Assembly: GCA_963827235.1 (NCBI GenBank)
Contig: CAWHAE010000012.1
Span: 1,216,001-1,280,000, forward strand
Length of the DNA: 64,000 nucleotides
Direction of reading: 5' to 3'
Source: an uncultured bacterium
GTDB lineage: Bacteria; Chloroflexota; UBA5177; JANWHV01
Below the pieces are notes generated by a model. That model ran no database searches. It saw nothing but the letters and a program-made list of their open reading frames with translations, and was not told where the DNA came from. Shown piece by piece: positions 27,568 through 35,994 of the stretch (position 1 is the stretch's first letter; each line of letters starts with the position of its first letter). Position numbers and translations under genes: made by a program.

Positions 27568-28415
27568 TCCAGGCTCGACGACCGGCAAGGCGAAGCTCCA
27601 GGCAGCGGCTGGCCTCTATCGCTACCTATGCGTTCCTGATCCTGCTGGCCCTGTTCTGCTTGGTACCCTTTGCCTGGCTCTTCGAGGCTGCGTTCGATGC
27701 AAAGGCATCGTTGTACCTCCAGTTGCCGTCGCGCCTGACGCTGGACAACTTCGGACGAGCATTCAACGATTCCGGTGCGCTCACCCTGCTGCAGAATAGC
27801 CTGATCATGGCTTTGGGAGCCGTCGTCGTGGTCGTCTTCTGCGCATCGCTGGCTGGCTATACCCTGTCGCGACTGAAGTTCGGTTTCAAGCCGGTCTTGA
27901 TGTACGGAATCCTTCTGGCACAGCTCATTCCGGTCACGGCAACCATCGTGCCCATCTACACGATCTTCATCGACCTCCATCTGACTGACACGTACCGGGG
28001 CATGATCCTGATTCTGGCCACCTACCAACTTCCCTTGGCGATGTGGATCATGAAGAGCTTCTTCGACGCAGTGCCCACGGAGATCGAGGAAGCGGCCTGG
28101 ACCGACGGCGCCGGCCGCCTCCGCACCATCTATTCGATCATCGTGCCCATGGCGCGGCCCGGGGTCTCCGCGGCGGCCTTGTTCGCCTTTATCGGCGCCT
28201 GGGGTGAGTTCACGCTGCCGCTGATCCTCCTCTCCTCGCAGGACAAACTGCCGCTCTCGCTCGGCATATACCGAGCCTATCAAGCGTATTACCTCATCGA
28301 TTACGGGCAGCTCACCGCGATGTCATTGCTGTACCTGGCGCCAAGCCTGCTCTTCTATATCATCACGCGCCGGTATCTGACGCGTGTCACGGTAGTGGGA
28401 GCGACCATTGGCTAG
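27564..28415 (+). CDS. Carbohydrate ABC transporter permease (MalG-like)
   Basis: ATGA overlap with the upstream stop. EAA motif EIEEAAWTDGA, 'AWGEFTLP'. Confidence 0.92.
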   Translation: MIQARRPARRSSRQRLASIATYAFLILLALFCLVPFAWLFEAAFDAKASLYLQLPSRLTLDNFGRAFNDSGALTLLQNSLIMALGAVVVVVFCASLAGYTLSRLKFGFKPVLMYGILLAQLIPVTATIVPIYTIFIDLHLTDTYRGMILILATYQLPLAMWIMKSFFDAVPTEIEEAAWTDGAGRLRTIYSIIVPMARPGVSAAALFAFIGAWGEFTLPLILLSSQDKLPLSLGIYRAYQAYYLIDYGQLTAMSLLYLAPSLLFYIITRRYLTRVTVVGATIG

Positions 28416-28439
28416 CGCTCGAGCGAAAAGCATGGTTCT

Positions 28440-29456
28440 ATGAGGAAGTTCAGCGTCCTGATCGCGGGCGCCGGCCAGATGGGCCGGGGCTGGGGCCGGC
28501 TGCTGCGCGACTGTGAGGATACCGAGATCGTGGCCTGGGTTGATACGCTGCCCGGGGCAGCCGCGCGCGCGGTCGAGGAGCTTGGGCTGCGGAACGTGGT
28601 AACCGGTCAGGATCTCGAGATCGCCATCAGCAGCGCCAGGCCCGATTTCGTCGTGGACGTCTCGTCGCCGGAGGCGCACCACGACGTCACGTTGCTGGCG
28701 CTTGCCAAGAAGGTGCCTGTGCTGGGCGAGAAGCCGATGGCCTCCACCATGGCGCAGGCGCGAGCGATGGTGGCAGCCGCGGAGGCCACGGACACTCTCT
28801 ATATGGTCAGCCAGAACAGGCGATTCGACCCGAATCTGCACGCACTGCGCCGGCTTATTGCCCAGCACACCGGTCCCGTGGGCGTGCTCAACGCCGACTT
28901 CTATCTGGGCGAGCACCTCGGCGGCTTCCGCCGCGAGATGCCGCATCCGCTACTGCTCGACATGGGCATTCACAGCTTTGACGCGGCTCGCTTCCTCACC
29001 GGTGCCGACGCGTTGGCGGTCACCTGCACGGAGTTCAACCCGGCCTGGAGCTGGTACAGCGGCAATGCCTGCGCCACGGCCGTCTTCGAGCTCACCAATG
29101 GCGCCATATTCACCTATCGCGGCAGTCGCTGCACTGATGGCTTCCACACGACGTGGGATGCAGAGTGGCGAGCTGTAGGGCCACATGGGACGGCGTGCTG
29201 GGACGGGCATACGGCGCCGGCAGCAGAGATCGTGGCCGAGCCGACCGTGCCCATCGCTACCTTCAGGAAAGTTCAGGGCACGCCGGATACCACGATGGTC
29301 GCGGGCATCGCCGGCACGTTGCGCGCGTTCCTGCAAGCCCTGGAATCCGGCGCGACACCACCGTGCGAATGCCACGACAATATCAAGAGCCTGGCCATGG
29401 TGCACGCCGCAATTGAGTCGGCAGCGACCGGCCGGCGGGTCGCTGTCCCGGTCTAG
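28440..29456 (+). CDS. Gfo/Idh/MocA family oxidoreductase (ThuB-like)
   Basis: GAGQMG, 'VLGEKPMA', 'SQNRRF', 'LLDMGIHSFD'. Confidence 0.9.
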   Translation: MRKFSVLIAGAGQMGRGWGRLLRDCEDTEIVAWVDTLPGAAARAVEELGLRNVVTGQDLEIAISSARPDFVVDVSSPEAHHDVTLLALAKKVPVLGEKPMASTMAQARAMVAAAEATDTLYMVSQNRRFDPNLHALRRLIAQHTGPVGVLNADFYLGEHLGGFRREMPHPLLLDMGIHSFDAARFLTGADALAVTCTEFNPAWSWYSGNACATAVFELTNGAIFTYRGSRCTDGFHTTWDAEWRAVGPHGTACWDGHTAPAAEIVAEPTVPIATFRKVQGTPDTTMVAGIAGTLRAFLQALESGATPPCECHDNIKSLAMVHAAIESAATGRRVAVPV

Positions 29457-29583
29457 CAGGCGGCCGCGTCGAGGAGGGCCGTAGGGCTGGCCGGTTGCGT
29501 TGGGTCCATCGCCGCGTGGTAGCGAAATCCTGGTGCGAAACGACTGTTGTAGGGGCAGGTGTCCCTGCGGAATGCGCTGAAGA

Positions 29584-30345
29584 ATGGAGATGGCGGTGGC
29601 AAGCAACAGCCTACACGTAACGGTTTGGAACGAGCATGTGCACGAGCGAGAAGACGCGCTTGTTCGGGCCGTGTATCCCGACGGCATCCACAATACTGTG
29701 GCAAGTGCCTTGCGCAGCCTCCTCGGTGCGGCTGTCAACGTCACGACAGCCACTCTGGAGCAGCCCGAGCAAGGCTTGAGCGAAGCGACGCTGGCCGCAA
29801 CAGACGTGCTGCTGTGGTGGGGACACGTCGCGCACCGCCGCGTGGCGGATGAGGCAGTCGACCGCGTGCTGCGCCGCGTGCATGACGGCATGGGATTCAT
29901 CGCGCTGCACTCGGCACATGAGTCCAAACCATTCATGCGGCTGATGGGCCGAAGCTGCTCGCTGCGCTGGCGTGAGGCAGACGACCGCGAGCTTGTCTGG
30001 CTCGTCAATCCGGCCCACCCCATCGCAGCCGGCGTAGCGCCCGTGCTGGTCATTCCGCGCCAGGAGATGTACGGCGAGTACTTCGATATCCCGCAGCCCG
30101 ACGAGCTGGTCTTCATCAGCTCGTTTAGTGGCGGCGAAGTCTTCCGCAGTGGCTGCACCTTTACGCGCGGCCTGGGCAAGATCTTCTACTTCAGTCCCGG
30201 TCACGAGACCTATCCCGTGTATCACGACGCGGGCGTGCAGCGTATTCTGGCTAACGCCGTTATGTGGGCGCGGAGAGAGACACGGCTCCCGTACTCGACT
30301 GAGAAAAGCGCCCACTCGCCGCTCGGATGGTTCGAGCGACCCTAG
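29584..30345 (+). CDS. thuA: ThuA (trehalose utilisation) domain protein
   Basis: VTVWNE..HE, YPDGIH, TDVLLWWGH.AH, GMGFIALHSAH.SKPF, EMYGEYFDIP.PDEL, GGEVFRSG, GKIFYFSPGHETYP. Confidence 0.9.
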   Translation: MEMAVASNSLHVTVWNEHVHEREDALVRAVYPDGIHNTVASALRSLLGAAVNVTTATLEQPEQGLSEATLAATDVLLWWGHVAHRRVADEAVDRVLRRVHDGMGFIALHSAHESKPFMRLMGRSCSLRWREADDRELVWLVNPAHPIAAGVAPVLVIPRQEMYGEYFDIPQPDELVFISSFSGGEVFRSGCTFTRGLGKIFYFSPGHETYPVYHDAGVQRILANAVMWARRETRLPYSTEKSAHSPLGWFERP

Positions 30346-30463
30346 ACCGGCCCTGTCCCGCCGTGTTCCTCGCGCGCGTGACTTCGCGCGGCAAAGGACG
30401 TCAGCATAAGTATGGACGGCGATGATGCGGCCGGCTACTGCCACGAGTGACCCGGGGGAGCAC

Positions 30464-31225
30464 ATGGTGCCGGAGACCGATGACAAGGGTTCGAGCGTGC
30501 TCGTAACCGGGGCAGGCAGTGGGATCGGTCGCGCCATCGCCCTCGGCTTCGCACGGGCCCGGGCCGCAGTGCTGGCAGCGGACATCGACATGCAAGCGTT
30601 GCTCATGCTGCAGAAGGAAGCACGGCGCGACAGCCTCGTACTCACGACACAGGTAGCCGACATGCGCAGTGAGCCTGAGGTACGGGGCCTGGTCGCCGCG
30701 GCCGCACAGCAGGTACCGCTCGGGGTGGTTGTCCACTGCGCGGGCATCACCGTGCGAAGATCTCTGACGGAGACGAGCGAGGATGAGTATCGTGCCGTGC
30801 TCGAGACGAACCTGACCGGTACGTTTTACTGTCTCCGGGCCGCGGCGCTACAGATGCAGCAACAGGGCCGGGGTGGCAGTATCGTCGTGATCACTTCGAT
30901 CAATGCGCAGTGGCCGCTCGCCACACAGGCAGTCTATACGGCTACCAAGGCGGCCATCGAATCCCTGACCAAGTCGCTGGCCGTGGAGATGGCTCGGCAC
31001 GGCGTCCGTGTCAATGCAGTGGCGCCGGGAGCCATCGACACGCCAATGAACACTGGCGTTCTTGGTCAGAGCCAGCGAGAGCTGCTCGATCGTCGCATTC
31101 CACTCGGCCGGATCGGCAGGGCGCAAGACATGGTTGGTGTCGTGCGGTTTCTCGCCTCGAGCGAGGCAGCCTACATTACCGGTGCCACCGTGGTGGTTGA
31201 CGGAGGGATGATGATCAGCCGCTAG
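30464..31225 (+). CDS. Classical SDR NAD(P)-dependent oxidoreductase
   Basis: TGAGSGIG, 'HCAG', YxxxK (YTATK), 'GVRVNAVAPG', 'YITG..VVDGG'. Confidence 0.92.
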   Translation: MVPETDDKGSSVLVTGAGSGIGRAIALGFARARAAVLAADIDMQALLMLQKEARRDSLVLTTQVADMRSEPEVRGLVAAAAQQVPLGVVVHCAGITVRRSLTETSEDEYRAVLETNLTGTFYCLRAAALQMQQQGRGGSIVVITSINAQWPLATQAVYTATKAAIESLTKSLAVEMARHGVRVNAVAPGAIDTPMNTGVLGQSQRELLDRRIPLGRIGRAQDMVGVVRFLASSEAAYITGATVVVDGGMMISR

Positions 31226-31290
31226 CCGGTTAGGATGTTCGGCGCTTGAGTCTGTCCGGCATGGCCGCACTGACCGCTCCGCTAGGTGAA

Positions 31291-31311
31291 CCTATCTGAT
31301 AGCTCGACAGG
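31291..31311 (+). promoter_or_regulatory. Third copy of the operator, upstream of the FadR/GntR gene (autoregulation)
   Basis: CCTATCTGATAGCTCGACAGG: perfect core palindrome CTATC-T-GATAG plus right arm CT-CGACAGG. Confidence 0.65.
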
Positions 31312-31457
31312 TTGTTAGCTGATATGCTCGATGTGTTCAATGTTGAGAAGACGAGTACGGCCCCGCGGGGACGTGGGCTGGCGGAGCAGCGAGCGCCGGC
31401 TCGCATCGCCCCGAGCGTGCCGCACCCAACGTGACCGGGCTTTGGAAAGAGGTGGAT

Positions 31458-32174
31458 ATGCTCCCACGGCTGCGGCGCGAGACCCTGGCGGAACGCGCTG
31501 AAGACGCATTAATGGAGTACATTCAGCGGCAGGATCTCAAGCCGGGAGCGCTTCTCCCGCCGGAAGCGACCCTCACGGCCCAGCTTGGTGTGAGCCGCGC
31601 CGTGGTACGAGAGGCGCTCAAATCCTTGCAGGGTCGCGGTACGCTTGAGATCGTCAACGGCAAGGGGGCCGTCGTGCTGCCGAGCGACCCCCGCGTGTTG
31701 CGTCTGTACTTTTCCCGAGAGGTTCAGATGCGGCATGAGGCCGTCGTGGAGTTGATGGAGACTCGCCGGGGCCTCGAGGCGGAATGTGCGCAGCTGGCGG
31801 CCTCCCGCCGGACTGCTGCCGAACTCGAGGGAATGGAGGAGACGCTTGCCGCGATGCGTGCGCGACTGCACGATCCGGATTCGTATGCCGAGCTTGACGT
31901 CGCGCTGCACCTGTTGATTTCCGCTGCAAGCCATAACACGATGCTGTCACATCTGGTCGAGTCGCTCCGCGCCGCCCTTAAGGACAGCATCCGCGAGGGG
32001 CTACGCCTGCGTCGCACCGACACTCAGCTGGAAACGATGCAGGACAGCCACGCGCGCATAGTAGCCGCGATCAGGCGCGCCGAGTCTGAGGAGGCTGGGC
32101 GGTTGATGGCCCTGCATATAGACCGCGCCATTGCCACGATGAACGCCTCGCTCGCCCAGGCGTCGACCGCATAA
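31458..32174 (+). CDS. FadR/GntR family regulator (FCD domain)
   Basis: 'LKPGALLPPEATLTAQLGVSRAVVREALKSL...GKGA'. FCD 'LMETRRGLE', 'DVALH...ASHN', 'H..IVAAI...MALH'. Confidence 0.93.
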   Translation: MLPRLRRETLAERAEDALMEYIQRQDLKPGALLPPEATLTAQLGVSRAVVREALKSLQGRGTLEIVNGKGAVVLPSDPRVLRLYFSREVQMRHEAVVELMETRRGLEAECAQLAASRRTAAELEGMEETLAAMRARLHDPDSYAELDVALHLLISAASHNTMLSHLVESLRAALKDSIREGLRLRRTDTQLETMQDSHARIVAAIRRAESEEAGRLMALHIDRAIATMNASLAQASTA

Positions 32175-32272
32175 GGCCGGCGCAGAGCGTTGCCGGTTCG
32201 CATACCGTACGCTTTCCCGAGTACATGACCGTTCCACGTCGTGTGTCCCGGGTAGAGAAGGGGAAAGGCAGC

Positions 32273-33280
32273 ATGGTCCACTTTGCGGAATACCTGCGCC
32301 CGACACGGGCCCCATTCTGGACGCTGCTGCGACAGCTGGGCGTCGAGCACGTGGTGAGCAGCCTCGACCGCGAACTGCCTTCGGGCGGCCATCGCGCCAT
32401 CGATCTGCCCTGGGAAGAAGGGGCCCTGCGCCAGCTGGTCCACCGCTATGAACGGGCCGGCTTGCGCGTGGCCGTGATCGAAGATGGCCCCCCTCTCGAC
32501 TGCGCGCGCCTTGGGCTGCCCGGCGCCGACGATGAGATCGAGCAGGTCTGCACCCTGGTGCGTAGCATGGGCGCCGTGGGGATTCCCGTGCTGTGCTACA
32601 ACTGGATGTCCGTCATCCCCTGGCTGCGCACGTCGACCGCCCTGCCGGGGCGGGGAAACGCCCTTGTCACCGGCTTTGACGCCGCCGATCTCGCCGGCCT
32701 GCCACCCACCTGGGCCGGTGAGGTTCCTGAAGCGCAGTTGTGGGACACCCTGGCCACGTTTCTCCGCAGGGTGGTGCCGGTGGCCGAACGGGCGGGTGTG
32801 CGGCTAGCTCTCCATCCGGATGACCCGCCGTATTCGCCGATCCGAGGCGTGGCCCGCATACTGACGAGCCTGGATGCCTTCCAGCGGGTGCTCGATCTGG
32901 TGGATAGTCCGGCCAATGCCCTGACGTTCTGCCAGGGCAACTTCTCGCTGCTGACCGACGATGTGCCGGGAGCTCTTCGCCAGTTCGGTTGCCAAGGCCG
33001 GGTCGCCTTCGGACACTTTCGCGACGTGCGGGGCACGCCGGAGCGCTTCGTCGAGACGTTTCATGATGATGGGCAGACCGACATGTATGCCTGTATGCGG
33101 GCGTGGTTGGACATCGGCTTCGACGGGGTGCTTCGTCCAGACCATGTGCCGACCCTGGAAGGGGAAGCGAACGACCAACCGGGCTACGCCTATCTCGGAC
33201 GCCTGCATGCACTGGGCTACATGACCGGACTCAGGGAAGCAGCCCTGGCCGAACGGACGTTGCTCAATAAACAGGTCTGA
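32273..33280 (+). CDS. uxuA: Mannonate dehydratase (UxuA family)
   Basis: 'GIPVLCYNWM..WLRT', 'AERAGVRLALHPDDPP', 'TFCQG', 'HFRDVRG..F.ETFHDDG', 'RPDHVP'. Confidence 0.88.
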   Translation: MVHFAEYLRPTRAPFWTLLRQLGVEHVVSSLDRELPSGGHRAIDLPWEEGALRQLVHRYERAGLRVAVIEDGPPLDCARLGLPGADDEIEQVCTLVRSMGAVGIPVLCYNWMSVIPWLRTSTALPGRGNALVTGFDAADLAGLPPTWAGEVPEAQLWDTLATFLRRVVPVAERAGVRLALHPDDPPYSPIRGVARILTSLDAFQRVLDLVDSPANALTFCQGNFSLLTDDVPGALRQFGCQGRVAFGHFRDVRGTPERFVETFHDDGQTDMYACMRAWLDIGFDGVLRPDHVPTLEGEANDQPGYAYLGRLHALGYMTGLREAALAERTLLNKQV

Positions 33281-33411
33281 GACGCACATGAGAGCGATGG
33301 CGAAGGTTTTCTTCGGTTGTGCTGGGGCGGCCGCGCGCAGCGCTCTCGTCGGTTGGTACGCTCGTCATCCGGGGAGAAGTTGCCGTTGGCACCGACACGC
33401 AGTGATTCCCG

Positions 33412-33888
33412 CTAGTAGCTCATCTCTCCTGGTGTCAGCAGCCGGCAAATGGCGCCGTCCACTGCCAACGGCTCGGGCCCACCGTGTGCGGCGTAGTCGT
33501 CCGCATAGTGGTGGATCAGGAAACCCAGGACATGGTGCATAAGCCACAGCTCGAGGGGTTGATTTGGCGTCCAGCCCAGCCGTGCGTAGCCATCGCCGAA
33601 GATGTAGGCATTGGTCATGCTCCAGTAGGCGCGCACCAGTTGCTGCCATCGCCACGTGGCGGAATCGGGACACTCGGCCAGGTCCTCGTGCGTGAAGAAC
33701 GAGAGGGCTTCGGGCATAGAGATACGCAAGGCGTCGGCTTCGCCGCGACCTCCGCCAACCAGGATGTCACCGCGTTTGCCCCGGAAGCTGTCGTCGCCTC
33801 GGGTATCCTCATCCAGCCGGTAGATCGCAACGCTCCTGCTAGCGTCATTCCCGAACACGAACGGGAAGCGGCTAGGACAGGTCACCAT
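33412..33888 (-). CDS. Hypothetical protein (~158 aa)
   Basis: Protein-like composition (aromatic-rich, 'GDILVGGGRGEADALRIS', 'AYWSMTNAYIFGDGYARLGW'). No family recognised. Confidence 0.55.
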   Translation of the reverse strand: MVTCPSRFPFVFGNDASRSVAIYRLDEDTRGDDSFRGKRGDILVGGGRGEADALRISMPEALSFFTHEDLAECPDSATWRWQQLVRAYWSMTNAYIFGDGYARLGWTPNQPLELWLMHHVLGFLIHHYADDYAAHGGPEPLAVDGAICRLLTPGEMSY

Positions 33889-34330
33889 GCCGAGGCAGGT
33901 ATGTCGATAGCTGTCAACTTCCGACACGCAACAACCTCCGCTGGCTGTGGACGCCTGACTCTGTTGACCGCGCTCCACTCACGCATCGAGTCAATTGTAG
34001 GTCCACGTCGTCCGTGGGTCTATCACGACGGTAACAAACGGTTGCTCTAGCCGCCGGGCTGACGGGAGCATCGCGCCCGACTCACTCGCCGCTAGGTCAA
34101 GCGCGCTGGGACGCGGATGTGTAGTCTCGCGGCGTACGGAATTCCGCCCGCGAACGTGCGCTCCAGTATCTTCGCGCGCTCAAGGATGGGCAGCAGCCAC
34201 TGTACTGGTGTAAGCATCTCGCCAACCATCCCTTAAGGGTCTACCTGGATCGACCCGGTGGGCGTTTCTGGCTGACGCGACACGCCGGAGCGGGTCCCGG
34301 CATCGGCTGGCTCCCGCCGCTTCCCGCGGA

Positions 34331-34603
34331 TCAGTGCCACCCTGCCCAAGGCCACGGCCAGGACGTTCTCGTCAGCGCTAGGAGGACGGCATGATTCGTT
34401 GTGCTCAGGGCGACCAGCACAGCGTCCACGAACCCGACGAACACGTCAGGCTCGATGTCGTACTCGTCGCAGCCCAGGTCCGCGATGCCAGTCGTCTGGC
34501 CAGCGAGCGCTTCAAGCGCTAGCGCCTGCCCGCAAAAGAGCACGCCGACCCGCGAGGCCGGATTCCAGATCTCCCGATTGCCGACCTGAAAGTACACGCT
34601 CAT
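34331..34603 (-). CDS. DUF6086-like small protein, probably frameshifted near its 3' end
   Basis: 'MSVYFQVGNREIWNPASRVGVLF...TTGI...DEYDIEPDVF..FV...TNHAVL' resembles DUF6086 from recall. Alternative frame after ~34371 reads ENVLAVALG. Confidence 0.6.
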   Translation of the reverse strand: MSVYFQVGNREIWNPASRVGVLFCGQALALEALAGQTTGIADLGCDEYDIEPDVFVGFVDAVLVALSTTNHAVLLALTRTSWPWPWAGWH

Positions 34604-34624
34604 CGCTGACGCCCTCGAGTGGAC

Positions 34625-35572
34625 TCAGCCGCCGGCGGTCTGTTCCGCCAGCACCTGCGGCCAGGAGTATTGCGGGCGATAGGCCAGCACTTGCCACGCT
34701 CGCGTGCAGTCGAGCAGCGACCAGCGGTCCGTGAGCGGTGCCGGCACCTCTTCGGCCGGCGTGCGCCGCGGCACGTTGGGGAAATAGCGCTGCAGCAGCG
34801 TCTCCGTGGGCAGATCCGAACTGGTGTCTGCCGAGGTGACGAACATCGGCGCGTGACCTTCGAAACGGGCGTCGAGCGCCAGCAGGCAAGCACGGGCGGC
34901 GTCGCGAAGATCGACGTAGCTCCAGAGCATATGTGCCTGCGCCCCCACGTCCTGCTTCACGCGGTCCACGTATTGCCGGTAGTAATGCTCGCCGATGATG
35001 GTCGAGAAGCGCAGACTGGCGGCGCTGCCGCCGGTGCGACGGCAGAACGTGGCCGCGATCTCTTCGCCGGCCACTTTGGACAGGCCATAGCAGTCCTGCG
35101 GTATGAGCGGGTGCGCCTCGTCGATGGGGACGTAGAGCGGCTCGGACCAGCGGTACTGCCAGGGGAAACCGAGCGCCGACACGCTCGAGGCGCTCACCAC
35201 CCGGCCTATGCCGAGCACTGCCGCCGCTTCGTATACGTTGAATTGCCCGAGCACGTTGTTGCGAAACACGACCTCGGGCGGATGGCTGCTTGGCGCGGCG
35301 ATCGCTCCGAGATGTATCACCGCGCCGGCACCGGTCAGCGCTCCGTAGACCTGGCCGAGATCGGTCAAATCGACCAGCCGGTAGCGCAGCTCGCCCGCCC
35401 CTTCGCGTCGGGTCGCCGCGCCGAGATCGCTGAGCGTGCCCTCATGCATGCGTCTGTAGACCTCGTGCGGCTCGACGAGATCCAAGGCAAGCACATCCAA
35501 GCCCTGCTCGACAAGCATCCTGACCACGGCGTGGCCGAGATGTCCGAGCGCACCACTGACTACTACGCGCAT
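34625..35572 (-). CDS. NAD-dependent epimerase/dehydratase (extended SDR)
   Basis: MRVVVSGALGHLG, 'VIHLGAI', 'VSASS', 'PIDEAHP..P.DCYGLSK', 'LWSYVDLRDAA'. Confidence 0.88.
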   Translation of the reverse strand: MRVVVSGALGHLGHAVVRMLVEQGLDVLALDLVEPHEVYRRMHEGTLSDLGAATRREGAGELRYRLVDLTDLGQVYGALTGAGAVIHLGAIAAPSSHPPEVVFRNNVLGQFNVYEAAAVLGIGRVVSASSVSALGFPWQYRWSEPLYVPIDEAHPLIPQDCYGLSKVAGEEIAATFCRRTGGSAASLRFSTIIGEHYYRQYVDRVKQDVGAQAHMLWSYVDLRDAARACLLALDARFEGHAPMFVTSADTSSDLPTETLLQRYFPNVPRRTPAEEVPAPLTDRWSLLDCTRAWQVLAYRPQYSWPQVLAEQTAGG

Positions 35573-35994
35573 GCAGCACGTCCTTCCGCACCTGCAAGGT
35601 GCCTCGCGTTGCCGTTCACACCGTTCCCGACTACTGGATTCCCGCCCGGCGCCGTAACGCCGGGCTACCGGGTCGCCGTCCGCGAGGCAACCATGGGTCG
35701 TATTCTTCCTGTAAACCCCGGGCTCGCCCTTGATACTACCGCAGGATACAACAGGGTCACCCGGCCTGTGCCGGTTCGCGCGGCAGAAGCGTGGCCCAAC
35801 GTGCCGGCATCCTGCTTCGAGACAGTGCGCAAGGCGCCGCCGCCAATCAGGAATGGAGATCGCAGGCACCGCATTCTTCGGCGTTCGGAGCGGGTCCAGA
35901 TCCGCGGCATCCTCCCCTGTATTCGCATGCGCGACCGGCGTCGTGAGAGGCCGCGCGACCGATCGCCGTACCCGATCCCGCGCTGCCGGCGGTG

